A stretch of DNA of 64,000 nt. Origin: a virus. The notes under the pieces are model-generated. The model was not told where the DNA came from and ran no database searches. It saw nothing but the letters and a program-made list of their open reading frames with translations. The position numbers and the translations under genes are program-made. Below are positions 29,261 to 38,911 of this stretch, piece after piece; position 1 is the stretch's first letter, and the number at the start of each line of letters is the position of its first letter. Location of the stretch: UHGV virus genome UHGV-1373362. One strand, written 5' to 3'.

Positions 29261-30339
29261 TGAAGTTAATTCCTAAATACCAGAAAGCAGGCTTAATAGC
29301 TAGGAGAGATAATACCAATGTAGATACTCCTAATCCTTATGATAAACTGACTTATAAATTCCAATATACTCCAAGACAAGAAACATTATCATCGGATACT
29401 AGACCTGAATCTCAAAGAGAGCAAGGTAAGAAAAGGGCAGAGTTGGAATACAAGGCATATGATAGAGCAAGGAGAGAGGAAGAAGGGCTGCAACATTTAA
29501 ATGCATTTCTGGAATTTACTGATTATGCGGGATTAGCTTCTGGTGCTGGAAGTATAGCGACTAAAGGAGCTAAATCTATTGGGAAGAGACTGATTAGTAA
29601 AAGAGCAGCTCAGAATGTTGACAATGATTTACTTAATTTCTTACCGGGATTCAGTCCTGAACCTATATCTACACCTTTAACAGCTGAGGCTACTAAGGAG
29701 TTTTTTGATTATGATGTTCTTCCCAGGTTTAGAAAATTGGGAAATGAAATTCCAACTTCTCCAGATAAGAGTTGGTATACATACACTAGAGAAGTACTTC
29801 CTAAAGGAGTAACTGGACAGCATTGGGTATATACAGGTAAGATAGACATATCACATAGACTTCCAAGGGATAAAGCCGAAGCTGTCAAAGCACATGAGTT
29901 TAGACATAAATTAGATAAGCTAAATCCACTAAATGACTCTCAGAAGGATTACTTAAACAAAACTTATAGGGTGTTTAATAATACATCCATTGAACACCCA
30001 GGGTCTAATACCTTATCAGAAAGGATGGCTACTAATACTGAGTTGAGATTCAAATACTTTAATGAGCTTAAAGGAAATTTAGGAAGGATTCCATCTGTTA
30101 GGGAGCTAGACGAATATATTGATAGTATTCCAGAAAGTACTATCTTAGATGATATAAGTAAGGTAAATGGATATGGATTTGATTATACTAATTCCTTATT
30201 ACAAACCATGAACAATAATAAGGGTAGATTAAGTAGTGAAGAAATATTTAAGGGAGGTAAGTCATGGCTTAAGAATATTAAAACTACTATGAAAGCGGTC
30301 CCAGTATTATCTCCATTCTTAATTAATAACAAGCAATGA
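29260..30339 (+). CDS. Hypothetical protein with HExxH motif (possible zinc metallopeptidase), 359 aa
   Basis: AVKAHEFRHKLD. N-terminus MKLIPKYQKAGLIARRDNTNV parallels MKIIPKLQEGNVIRQDNTRV of the preceding protein. Confidence 0.35.
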   Translation: MKLIPKYQKAGLIARRDNTNVDTPNPYDKLTYKFQYTPRQETLSSDTRPESQREQGKKRAELEYKAYDRARREEEGLQHLNAFLEFTDYAGLASGAGSIATKGAKSIGKRLISKRAAQNVDNDLLNFLPGFSPEPISTPLTAEATKEFFDYDVLPRFRKLGNEIPTSPDKSWYTYTREVLPKGVTGQHWVYTGKIDISHRLPRDKAEAVKAHEFRHKLDKLNPLNDSQKDYLNKTYRVFNNTSIEHPGSNTLSERMATNTELRFKYFNELKGNLGRIPSVRELDEYIDSIPESTILDDISKVNGYGFDYTNSLLQTMNNNKGRLSSEEIFKGGKSWLKNIKTTMKAVPVLSPFLINNKQ

Positions 30340-30584
30340 GGTTTATATCATTTGTAAGTGGGATATTTACTTCCCATTCTGGAATTAGTAGTAAAAGGGT
30401 ATGTGGAGTATTAGGATGGTTTATAGCTATTGCCGTATTACTATACTGTACTGTACACGTTGTTCAAGCCCCATTAATGATAGATACATTCCTAGTCTGT
30501 TGTATGGCATTACTTGGTATTGATTCTATAACAGGAATCTGGAAGAAGTTTGATAATAAATCTAAGGATAAGAATGAATTATAA
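30336..30584 (+). CDS. Holin-like small membrane protein (82 aa, two transmembrane helices, charged C-terminus)
   Basis: Hydrophobic segments VLGWFIAIAVLLYCTV and FLVCCMALLGI followed by KKFDNKSKDKNEL. Sits next to the peptidoglycan-hydrolase gene. Confidence 0.4.
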   Translation: MRFISFVSGIFTSHSGISSKRVCGVLGWFIAIAVLLYCTVHVVQAPLMIDTFLVCCMALLGIDSITGIWKKFDNKSKDKNEL

Positions 30585-30765
30585 TCAAGCTACTTTATAT
30601 GCCACTACTGGTAAGATATTATTGCTTCCAGGATGGCATGGATATTTCTATTGGAATTATGGTACTAAAGAGCTAAACTTTAGAGATGGTGATTATCATT
30701 TAGATAGTAAGCAGCTAGAAGATAAGAATATAAGAGATAGAAGTGATTGGTATTATATTACATAA
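30550..30765 (+). CDS. Small hypothetical protein (71 aa)
   Basis: ORF. Confidence 0.25.
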   Translation: MIINLRIRMNYNQATLYATTGKILLLPGWHGYFYWNYGTKELNFRDGDYHLDSKQLEDKNIRDRSDWYYIT

Positions 30766-30770
30766 CAAAT

Positions 30771-30810
30771 AAGGCGAGCCTAGCATTTAGCTAAGTTCGC
30801 CTTTGTTATT
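30771..30810. terminator. Bidirectional rho-independent terminator between convergent genes
   Basis: aaggcga-(loop)-tcgcctt stem followed by a T-run tgttattt. Confidence 0.55.
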
Positions 30811-31018
30811 TATAGTATAATATTTGACCCCAGTAAATCCCACTAATAGAAATACAACATAGAGCCTGCTTCATAAAATCCTCATTATCTTTAGCTGACA
30901 ATGGTACAATTATATAATCTACGTGATTACCTCTCAGCTTACTTGCAATCTTATCATCTAAATCGGATTCCTCAATTAGTAACAGAGTTTCTTGTTTATG
31001 ACCTTTAAATGTTTTCAT
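30806..31018 (-). CDS. Small hypothetical protein (70 aa)
   Basis: ORF. Confidence 0.25.
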   Translation of the reverse strand: MKTFKGHKQETLLLIEESDLDDKIASKLRGNHVDYIIVPLSAKDNEDFMKQALCCISISGIYWGQILYYK

Positions 31019-31020
31019 AT

Positions 31021-31299
31021 CTACTCTACTTCCTTAAAGTTTATTTTAAAACTCTTAGATGTATATCCAAGTGTACTATTATCCACATGGGAAGGAATGT
31101 CTACATCCCTAGTCTTTATATAGAGTTGACAATGACAAGTACCTTCTTCCATTTCCCTAAACTCTTTACACATACATACTGTATCATCTGTCCTTACTAA
31201 GGAACAAGGACAGTATCTTTTACCATACTTCTCCTTATTCCTTTGTAAGCCAGCTAATACTACTTTCTTTACATCCTCATTAGTAGTAACTTTAATCAT
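31021..31299 (-). CDS. Ferredoxin-thioredoxin-reductase catalytic-subunit-like Cys-cluster protein (92 aa)
   Basis: CPCSLVRTDDTVCMCKEFREMEEGTCHCQLY gives CPC...C(M)C...CHC spacing like the FTR catalytic chain. Confidence 0.4.
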   Translation of the reverse strand: MIKVTTNEDVKKVVLAGLQRNKEKYGKRYCPCSLVRTDDTVCMCKEFREMEEGTCHCQLYIKTRDVDIPSHVDNSTLGYTSKSFKINFKEVE

Positions 31300-31499
31300 A
31301 CTTCTAATGCATTTTCCAATTCCCTCTTAGCAGTACGTATCCTATATATAAGGGCATTTAAATATTGATCTTTAGATGTTATCTTTCCACATAAATCACT
31401 TATAACCTTTCTAATAATCTCTTCATCTTTAGTACATAGATGTGATAATACATCATCTACTAAATCTTCGTCATATAATTCTATTTCATTTATTGTCAT
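31296..31499 (-). CDS. Small hypothetical protein (67 aa)
   Basis: ORF. Confidence 0.25.
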   Translation of the reverse strand: MTINEIELYDEDLVDDVLSHLCTKDEEIIRKVISDLCGKITSKDQYLNALIYRIRTAKRELENALEV

Positions 31500-31683
31500 T
31501 AGTTCCTTTATTAAGAATAGATAATTGGGCCTCTAGCTCACTAATACGTTTCTTTAGTTGCTCATTCTCCTCATGTAATTGCATATTAGCAGTTTTAACC
31601 TCTTCAGCTTTAGATATAAATTTTTCCACTTCTGATTCGAAGAGGGTTAGTTGCATTTTAATATTTTTTATTTCTGGGATCAT
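31486..31683 (-). CDS. Small coiled-coil protein (65 aa)
   Basis: ORF. Confidence 0.25.
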   Translation of the reverse strand: MIPEIKNIKMQLTLFESEVEKFISKAEEVKTANMQLHEENEQLKKRISELEAQLSILNKGTNDNK

Positions 31684-32041
31684 TTTCTATTTCATTAATA
31701 ATCCTAAGTAGCATTGGCGACTTAGAGATAATAATGCTATTAATATAATCTTTAACGTCATCTAAAGTCATAGCTTCAAACTCATCATTACTAAGATTAC
31801 GTGATTCTAATGTCTCAATAAAGACTTCTATAGCTTCTTTGATGGTTTCCCTATCTTTCATTAGATCTTCTGGAATTATTCCAACATTAGTAATCTTTGC
31901 AAATAGGGCTGTATGTTCAGCAAAGATTCTCTCTAATTCTTCATCAGTAATCAATTTTAAAATCTCTACTGCCTTATTATATAATAATTGTGCTTCTAAG
32001 GCATCAAATTTCTCTAATATTACTTTTAGATCGTTTAGCAT
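31658..32041 (-). CDS. Hypothetical protein (127 aa)
   Basis: ORF. Confidence 0.3.
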   Translation of the reverse strand: MLNDLKVILEKFDALEAQLLYNKAVEILKLITDEELERIFAEHTALFAKITNVGIIPEDLMKDRETIKEAIEVFIETLESRNLSNDEFEAMTLDDVKDYINSIIISKSPMLLRIINEIENDPRNKKY

Positions 32042-32244
32042 AGATTCTTATATATTTCAGAAACCTTTAAACAGTGATCAATATTAGATCCATTTTCTAA
32101 TCCAGTTTGAAGCTTAAGTAATATAGTCATTTTAACCATATCAAGTCTATTCTGCAATTCATGATAGATGCTAGGTTCACAACTACCCTCTTGAGTGAGA
32201 ACAGACTCATCTAATCCTTCAGATTCTTTTAATTTAGTCGCCAT
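32035..32244 (-). CDS. Small hypothetical protein (69 aa)
   Basis: ORF. Confidence 0.25.
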   Translation of the reverse strand: MATKLKESEGLDESVLTQEGSCEPSIYHELQNRLDMVKMTILLKLQTGLENGSNIDHCLKVSEIYKNLC

Positions 32245-32590
32245 AAATTCAAATTTTATTAATTAATACTAGTTTAATGTTATTGTTGATAACAATGCAA
32301 AGATAACCCATTCCAAATAAGTTACCTAATAAATTACACTTAATTATATTTAATAGAGGCAAACTCATAGGTAGGGTACCTCTAAAATACACCCCCTCCC
32401 CATTGAGGTAATCAGTCAATTAGAAATTTAATTTTATTGGCTGATAAATGTCAAATTCGCGATTCTCGAATTGCAAATTTTAGTATAAACTAGTAATAAT
32501 TGAGAGTTGGAAATGGGTAGAAAGAAGGGAGCGGGAGGGTACCTAGGCGAAACACCCCCTGGGGTTCGCCAAAGAAAAATAGCCAAATAT

Positions 32591-32635
32591 ATAACACATA
32601 CTACTATCTAGGAGTACTATAAAACGTACTTATTA
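32591..32635 (+). promoter_or_regulatory. Conserved ~45-nt upstream element, copy 1 (ataacacatactactatctaggagtactataaaacgtacttattac)
   Basis: Near-identical element at 33939-33980 upstream of the paralogous gene. Candidate phage promoter or operator. Confidence 0.4.
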
Positions 32636-32719
32636 CGGTTCATTGGGCTTGGGCAACCTTTTGAACTATGTGGAACCTATGCAGATGTAAAGGACATCTG
32701 TTGCCCGAAACATCCTACT

Positions 32720-33205
32720 ATGGCACTAGAAGGATTTACAGTTATCCGCAAGGATGCAGAGGAGTTTGACAAGATCATGAGTCAAACGACAACATTGTCA
32801 GGGTCACAGAGCAGTCCCTTCCAAGAAAACGCTCTGTTCACAGTGGACATGGAAGATCCCGTTGCCATCACTGTGAATCAAGTAAATGGACGGGCATTTA
32901 CTATCATTAACCTTGCTAGCAAGGCTGATGGTCGTAAATGTGAGCTTTGGCTAACCACACTCGTCAAAGAGGACGTGGACAGTCAAGGTAATCGAGTGGT
33001 GTCTACAGCATCACTCAATGTCTCATTCCGAGACAAGATTGCAGGCAAGGAGTTAACTCATAAAGAGTTTGCCCAAGCATTCTGCGATCTAGTCGGGGAT
33101 AAGGCAATACGGGTTGTTCGAACCCATTACCCGAAGGTTGTTCCAACCAAACGGGGACCTAGACAGTTTCCAGCTAGTCTGGTAGGTTTCGAACTTGCAG
33201 ATTAA
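32720..33205 (+). CDS. Hypothetical protein (161 aa), distant paralog of 34354-34881; noticeably GC-richer than its surroundings
   Basis: Shared MAL start, shared C-terminal pattern (GDKAIRVVRTHY vs GKKLRITRIQ), shared upstream element. Nested hairpins in the 5' leader (gggcaac...gttgccc enclosing cagatgt...acatctg). Confidence 0.5.
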   Translation: MALEGFTVIRKDAEEFDKIMSQTTTLSGSQSSPFQENALFTVDMEDPVAITVNQVNGRAFTIINLASKADGRKCELWLTTLVKEDVDSQGNRVVSTASLNVSFRDKIAGKELTHKEFAQAFCDLVGDKAIRVVRTHYPKVVPTKRGPRQFPASLVGFELAD

Positions 33206-33280
33206 CCACCTGCACGACCTAGGCAAGTCGTTAAACTGCCTCAATCAAATAGACGTTAAACTGTTAAACATTTCGCAACA

Positions 33281-33487
33281 ATGAAGAAATTTAACAAAAG
33301 CAACTGTGCATCTTGCGTGAGGGCACAGATTGTAGACCAATGGGGTAGAACTATCACCCTAATGGGACAACACGCATTTGAGTGGGAAATTGCAATCGAA
33401 GGCTGTACGGGCAATATAACGATAAAGCAATTTCCCAATGGTAGGGAAGCTCGCAAACACTTTTCACAACTGAAGAGAAAGAGATAA
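33281..33487 (+). CDS. Small hypothetical protein (68 aa)
   Basis: ORF; overlaps a minus-strand ORF of similar size, so it is ambiguous. Confidence 0.25.
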   Translation: MKKFNKSNCASCVRAQIVDQWGRTITLMGQHAFEWEIAIEGCTGNITIKQFPNGREARKHFSQLKRKR

Positions 33488-33550
33488 TTTACCAATTTTT
33501 ATTAATTGGGTAGGGGTGACAGACCTACCCATAACTAAATACAATATATT

Positions 33551-33820
33551 ATGCAAACAAAAGAATCAGTTAAAAGACAATACGAACTATTATTCGAACT
33601 CTATGGTGTTCAATCAGGTGGTTGGTCAATGCTTCATGAACGCTTTAATAGATATGTGTTCTGTGAAGCTAATCGTAAATCACTCATTGCAGAATACTTA
33701 GTGTGGGAAGAGTTTGTAGAAGATGCTAAGAAGCTTAACGTTCCCTACTACATGGGAATAGATGAGTTCTTAAAGGAATACAAGAATGCCGTTTATTCAT
33801 GTTTAACTAACATTGAGTAA
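33551..33820 (+). CDS. Hypothetical protein (89 aa)
   Basis: ORF followed by a strong terminator. Confidence 0.35.
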   Translation: MQTKESVKRQYELLFELYGVQSGGWSMLHERFNRYVFCEANRKSLIAEYLVWEEFVEDAKKLNVPYYMGIDEFLKEYKNAVYSCLTNIE

Positions 33821-33825
33821 CAATT

Positions 33826-33863
33826 AAGGGATTGGGTAGAAATACTCAGTCCCTTATTTTTTT
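33826..33863 (+). terminator. Rho-independent terminator
   Basis: aaggga-(17-nt loop)-tccctt followed by atttttttaa. Confidence 0.65.
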
Positions 33864-33938
33864 AATTGACCATTTCACAAAACTACATAATTAAAGCTAG
33901 TTCTCAAAACTATCTCCCATCTTAAAATAGCCAAGTGT

Positions 33939-33980
33939 ATAACACCTACCATAATCTGGGAGTAGTATCTATTACATAAA
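33939..33980 (+). promoter_or_regulatory. Conserved upstream element, copy 2 (ataacacctaccataatctgggagtagtatctattacataaa)
   Basis: See copy 1. Lies ~370 nt upstream of 34354, with a hairpin-rich leader in between. Confidence 0.4.
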
Positions 33981-34079
33981 ATGTATTTAGATTATTTTCT
34001 ACCACCTATAATATATTGAATTGGTCGATCAATGTATTATTAACTTAACAGACTTGTAGTATGGATTAAAAACAACCAG

Positions 34080-34353
34080 CCCAAGGTGAGAGGATAGTTC
34101 CTCTTATAAAAATCCTTGGTTGTCCTGAAGCCTAAGGGACGTAATAAAAGCGGGCAAGCTACCTTTGCGTCGTTGGGGTGATAAAACAACGACCTTTAAG
34201 TATATCCGTGATTCGGGGTATACGTATAGAGTGCACAGGTCAGGTTTAGAGAGTGTATCTTTAAACACTCTCTTCTTTATTGTCTGCCTCAAGAGGCGAT
34301 AAAGGAACAATTAACTAGCTTGGGGAAAACAAACTAACTAAATTTTAAGTATT
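34080..34353 (+). ncRNA. Structured 5' leader / candidate cis-regulatory RNA upstream of 34354
   Basis: At least three hairpins: ccaagg...ccttgg enclosing gagagga/tcctctt; gtcgttg...caacgac; gagagtgt...acactctc. The only ORF here is 68 aa on the opposite strand. Confidence 0.35.
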
Positions 34354-34881
34354 ATGGCATTAAGTCAGAATGTTGCAACTGCACTTCAGAGAGTGAAAGT
34401 TGCTGGTGGTCAAGTAGGTAATGGTGTATCATTTGCCAACATTGAAGTACGTGTGAACGATGGTAGCAATATGTTTGCTGAAGGGGATGAGTTTATTGTT
34501 CCCTCTGGTGAAGATTTGCAGAATTGTAAATTCATTCGTAAATTTAATGGCAACAATGCTCCCGGTATCTTTGTTGAAGTTGGTGATCAGGTTAAGGAGT
34601 TATATATCAGTTCTTTCGTAAAGGCTGTTATTCCTTATAATGATGACTCAACTCGTGTAAAAGATGCTTCTGGGAACAATGCACCTGCAATTATTGCCAC
34701 AGGTACAGCAGTGGAATTGTGGAAGAAGTTTGCTAATGCAGAAGATGCTTTAGCGGCTATCGCAGGCAAGAAACTGAGAATCACAAGGATCCAATCTGTA
34801 CAAACTATGCGTCAGAGGGCTAACGGAACAAGAACTCTTGGAAATCAATGGGTGTTCACGATAGACATCGTAGAAGCATAG
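34354..34881 (+). CDS. Hypothetical protein (175 aa), paralog of 32720-33205; likely highly expressed
   Basis: See the paralog. Gly/Asn/Ala-rich. Followed by two tandem perfect hairpins. Confidence 0.5.
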   Translation: MALSQNVATALQRVKVAGGQVGNGVSFANIEVRVNDGSNMFAEGDEFIVPSGEDLQNCKFIRKFNGNNAPGIFVEVGDQVKELYISSFVKAVIPYNDDSTRVKDASGNNAPAIIATGTAVELWKKFANAEDALAAIAGKKLRITRIQSVQTMRQRANGTRTLGNQWVFTIDIVEA

Positions 34882-35097
34882 CAGTAAGAGGTGAACTAAT
34901 AGGTGACAGACTCCTTAGAGTAGGAAATGTCACCTATTCAGTATTACCTTATGAGGTTGTTCCTAAGTACAAAACTTGTTTCTTCTTGTTATGGAAGATG
35001 GGTTATGTATATGCTATACTGAATTATGTTCCATTTGATAGTGCCAATTGAATGAAGTAGTGAAGTAAGCGAGGGAGGAGTGCCTCTCAAACCCCCA

Positions 35098-35188
35098 AGA
35101 ATCCCTCATTTTCTCATCCTCAAACATTCAAGTTGAGGGATTCTGTAACCGAATACACATTTAAAATAGGTTCCATGTATTCGGTTAC
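35098..35188 (+). terminator. Two tandem perfect hairpins (11-bp and 13-bp stems) downstream of 34354-34881; terminator or processing site, no T-run
   Basis: agaatccctca...tgagggattct followed by gtaaccgaataca...tgtattcggttac. Confidence 0.4.
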
Positions 35189-35448
35189 TATAAGGGGCTA
35201 AATAAGATAACGCATCTGATGAGTCTTTGAAAATTAAGACGAAACACCTTCAATTAGGTGTCATGCGAGTGTTATTCATACAGTTGAAATAACGCTATTT
35301 GATTGCTAATACTCATGGTATGTGAATATAGTGAGTATTTAATTTAATATTAAGACAGTCTAGGAGTCTATAAAATTGTTACCGAAGAGACTAGAATGAA
35401 ACTTCTTTAATTAGAAGTCTAACAACTGAGTTAAAGATTAGTTCTATC

Positions 35449-35760
35449 ATGCTTATAAATAAGTTTGGACAAGTCACGAATAACAGTAGTGACTTACTCC
35501 TTACTCCTGAACAGGAGGAATTTATGAAATCTTTATTGGATAATGGCAAAGCAACATCATTATCATTACGTTATGGCAAAGCAATAGCTAATAAAATCAT
35601 TATACCATCAACGATATATGATATGACCTTTAACAGCATAGAAGAAGCATTTAAATTATTAGATTCATTAGAATATGCAGCAGAGCATACTGATGATTTT
35701 GATAGCTATGATGCTAATTTGATGCAAGTACTTCAATACTATTTAGGTAATGGACGATAA
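35449..35760 (+). CDS. Hypothetical protein (103 aa)
   Basis: ORF. Confidence 0.3.
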   Translation: MLINKFGQVTNNSSDLLLTPEQEEFMKSLLDNGKATSLSLRYGKAIANKIIIPSTIYDMTFNSIEEAFKLLDSLEYAAEHTDDFDSYDANLMQVLQYYLGNGR

Positions 35761-35930
35761 AGAATCATCACAGGAAACTATGGGTATAATAGCTCTAATA
35801 GCATTTATTATTTATGTCTTAGTAAGACTATTTACACCAGGTGATTATTAATTAAACAGCTTTGCACTGGTTTAGTATCCTTACTAGTGTAAAGTTTTTA
35901 GTCAAAGGATATATTTAAATACTAATCAAA

Positions 35931-36737
35931 ATGGAAGAGATTAAATCGCAAATCAAGTTTAAAACAGTGAGAATTACACCGGAAGATGCAAAAACATTAT
36001 TAGAATCTTCTAAAGGTAACAGACCTGTAACAAGAAAGAGAGTGTTGCAATATGCAACTATAATGGGTCTTGGACAATGGCTCCTAAATGGCCAAGCAAT
36101 CATCCTTGATGAGGACAATGCTTTAGCGGATGGACACGGTAGACTAGAGGCTTGTATAGAAGCTGGTGTACCTTTCGAAACTGTCCTAATATACAATGTT
36201 CCTCGTTCAAGCTGGGTTACTTTAGACTCTGGTAAAGCAAGAAGTGCCGGAGATGTATTTGGAATCGAGGGTATTACAAATCCTGTTCTAAAGAGTGCTA
36301 TTGTCAATAAGTATTATGGATTGAAGAAGGGTATTACTATTGCATCTGTGGCAGGTAGTATGAGTGTTCTAGGTCAGGACTTTAAGGCTCAAGCTTTAGT
36401 CATATATAAGGAGCATGCAGAAGTGTTTGATTGGGCAGCTTCAGTGAGTAGTAAGGCAGTAGACAGGGGATTGGGAGGTCTCTGTACAGCATCCATCTTA
36501 GGAGGTATTGCTTCTTACTTAGTTCTTGAAAAGAATAGGGAACGTGAACTCATTGAAAAATTCCTAGAGTCTTTAGTAAGTAGTTTCGTGCCTTTGTTTA
36601 CATCTACAAGAATCCGACTAAAAGGAGCAAGTAAGGGTGTTGAGCGTCAAGCTATTTTAGCAGAAGCTTGGAACAAATTTGTAGAAGGTAAGGAGACTAC
36701 AGCAATTAGAATAACTGTAGTTAAACAATTTGAATAG
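35931..36737 (+). CDS. ParB-like nuclease (ParB N-terminal / sulfiredoxin fold) domain protein (268 aa)
   Basis: ...GNRPVTRKRV...LNGQAIILDEDNALADGHGRLEACIEAG... gives the DGxxRxxA ParB-N signature. The TATATTTAAAT box upstream is only approximately -7-like. Confidence 0.45.
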   Translation: MEEIKSQIKFKTVRITPEDAKTLLESSKGNRPVTRKRVLQYATIMGLGQWLLNGQAIILDEDNALADGHGRLEACIEAGVPFETVLIYNVPRSSWVTLDSGKARSAGDVFGIEGITNPVLKSAIVNKYYGLKKGITIASVAGSMSVLGQDFKAQALVIYKEHAEVFDWAASVSSKAVDRGLGGLCTASILGGIASYLVLEKNRERELIEKFLESLVSSFVPLFTSTRIRLKGASKGVERQAILAEAWNKFVEGKETTAIRITVVKQFE

Positions 36738-36903
36738 ACCTACGTAATGGGTGCTAGTTTAATAGCTAGCACCATTTATCCATAATTAAGGCAGGCAATC
36801 CGTGAGGTAAATAAATAAAAAGACTCTAAAAGTTTAGAGGGATATTATGAAGACCTGTGCTCACTTGATATAAGAAGAAACGTTTAATAGTGTACATAAA
36901 AAC

Positions 36904-37599
36904 GTGGATACTCAGAGCACCAAGTATGGTTGTGGGTTTATTTTTTCAAAAGTACTTCTTATGATTACACATACAATGACTATGGAGGAGATTCAAAGCG
37001 AAGTCCTCTCTATTTATAAAACGATACATACACGAGCAATTCCTCTTAGTAAAGCCTTTCTAAAGAAAGTAAAAGGTCAGTTAAATGGTAAGCTTATATG
37101 CTGGGTTCATCATGATGAGATTACAGTAAAGGGTAATACTATTCTAATATATTACTCTAGTAGGAGAGGAACTATTAAGGACTTCTCATCTATTTATTTC
37201 ATCAAAACTATGAACTCTAAAGGGCAGATAGAGTACTACCAGATACTAAATGGTGGATTAGTAAGGAAGTTCTCTAAGCATTTCTTAGAAAGATTTGTGG
37301 AGAGGACAAACTGTAAGGGTGATGTACTAGCTAACCTGGTCAAAGAACTATCTCCCATTTCTATATATAATCCCTTTTATGATGATACACAATTCTTCAG
37401 TACTTTGAATGGACTTGCGGTATTTAGAAACAATGTAATGATAACGTACCTTAATAACTTATCTCAATATAAATCTGAGATTAGGGAAGAGGCATTGGCT
37501 ACTTTAAAGAAAGTTCCACTCCCGACTAGGAGGGAATCCAGTTACATGACTGAGAGTGGTTCCATAGTATTATATGGTCTTGCTGACATGGAAACTTAA
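36904..37599 (+). CDS. Hypothetical protein (231 aa; true start may be an internal Met)
   Basis: ORF. Confidence 0.35.
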   Translation: MDTQSTKYGCGFIFSKVLLMITHTMTMEEIQSEVLSIYKTIHTRAIPLSKAFLKKVKGQLNGKLICWVHHDEITVKGNTILIYYSSRRGTIKDFSSIYFIKTMNSKGQIEYYQILNGGLVRKFSKHFLERFVERTNCKGDVLANLVKELSPISIYNPFYDDTQFFSTLNGLAVFRNNVMITYLNNLSQYKSEIREEALATLKKVPLPTRRESSYMTESGSIVLYGLADMET

Positions 37600-37744
37600 T
37601 TATTATTTAAATAGGAGAATATGATTTCTCTATACCCCGTGAAGGGGTCGGCATCATGACTAAGCCTTTACGTGGCGATGCTATAAGTAATCCATAAGGA
37701 TGAAACTAATTAGTCTTATTACTAACTAATCAAATTTAATAAAG

Positions 37745-38026
37745 ATGGAGAATATTTTAGAACAAGACATCATCAATGCTATAATAGCATTAGATGCACA
37801 GAAAATTGAGAAGATTAGAAAATCTTTAAGGGATCAATTAAGGGAACTTCATGTGCAGTCAACTAAGTTTCAAAGAGTAGTATCTATTTTAAGTGCAGCT
37901 GGTTATCATGATCATGAAGAATATACCAAACACTGTATCCTTATAGATAATACTAGTAAAGAGATTCAGGATCTTCAAGCATTAATAGAACAATGTAATT
38001 GTGCATTAAGGGAATTTAATAAGTAA
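37745..38026 (+). CDS. Hypothetical protein (93 aa)
   Basis: ORF. Confidence 0.3.
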   Translation: MENILEQDIINAIIALDAQKIEKIRKSLRDQLRELHVQSTKFQRVVSILSAAGYHDHEEYTKHCILIDNTSKEIQDLQALIEQCNCALREFNK

Positions 38027-38163
38027 AGCTATGCAGAACATTGTTTATATTCTAGGGGTTTTCTATTTGGCACATATGTGTCTCAACGCAAAGTTGTGGA
38101 TACCTCTTGTCCTATGTGGACTATTATTGTCATTTATTGTACTAACTATAAAACAAAAGAAAC

Positions 38164-38553
38164 ATGAAAAGAATTGAAGAAGTGTTACAGTCAGGAGATC
38201 ATTCCTATGCACATGTTATAGATCAGCTAGAAGCCATTTTGATGCCATTTGCACTATATGTTGCAGGTAAAACTCCGTACTGTGCAGGAGAAATCATCAA
38301 AATTAGCTTGGGCGAAGTTGAGGATAAAGAGGAATGGGTATTCAACTTTAATGATTCCTGCACAGTAACGTATGATTCCATTAAGGAAACAGTAAGAATC
38401 AATAACTCTGATGTAATCCACCTATGTAAGGATGATGCTAAGATTATTGATATTCTTATCAATGGTATCCTAAGGAAGAAACACGTAACTCCTGAGCCTG
38501 ATCAGAAGAAGGTATCTGAACTTCTGGAGGAGCTTGAGAGGATATTTAAGTAG
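38164..38553 (+). CDS. Hypothetical protein (129 aa)
   Basis: ORF. Confidence 0.3.
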   Translation: MKRIEEVLQSGDHSYAHVIDQLEAILMPFALYVAGKTPYCAGEIIKISLGEVEDKEEWVFNFNDSCTVTYDSIKETVRINNSDVIHLCKDDAKIIDILINGILRKKHVTPEPDQKKVSELLEELERIFK

Positions 38554-38665
38554 TAATCCATATTAAATGTTATTATTGATCATATTAAAAAATTATAATT
38601 AAGTAATTAATCAGAACAAGATTGGCTGTGAAGTTAGTCTTGTTCTAAACTTAAAACACATTATT

Positions 38666-38911
38666 ATGGCAAAAGTTATTAATTTTGGTACTCCTATCCT
38701 CCTTGGAGACTTAGGAAATGGACAAATTGCGGAAGTGCTAGAGTGGTTTGATTGTAATGTATCTGTTGGAGATATTATTCAAAGACAGAACAATATGATT
38801 TTTATACTAGGAAAGAGTCACTTTTACTCTGATATAAACCAGGGTTCAGAAAGGTGGAAATCAACAGCAAAGGTAAGAGTTCTACCTCAAGGTACTACCA
38901 TAATGCTATAA
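38666..38911 (+). CDS. Hypothetical protein (81 aa)
   Basis: ORF. Confidence 0.3.
   Translation: MAKVINFGTPILLGDLGNGQIAEVLEWFDCNVSVGDIIQRQNNMIFILGKSHFYSDINQGSERWKSTAKVRVLPQGTTIML

Noticed and set aside
32245-32719. tRNA or integration site in the GC-rich intergenic region upstream of 32720
   Set aside because: No T-loop or cloverleaf is present; only generic hairpins. Treated as promoter/leader.
35915-36307. Minus-strand 130-aa ORF overlapping the ParB-like gene
   Set aside because: Antisense overlap with a plus-strand gene that has a recognisable domain signature; the region is otherwise a uniform plus-strand gene block.
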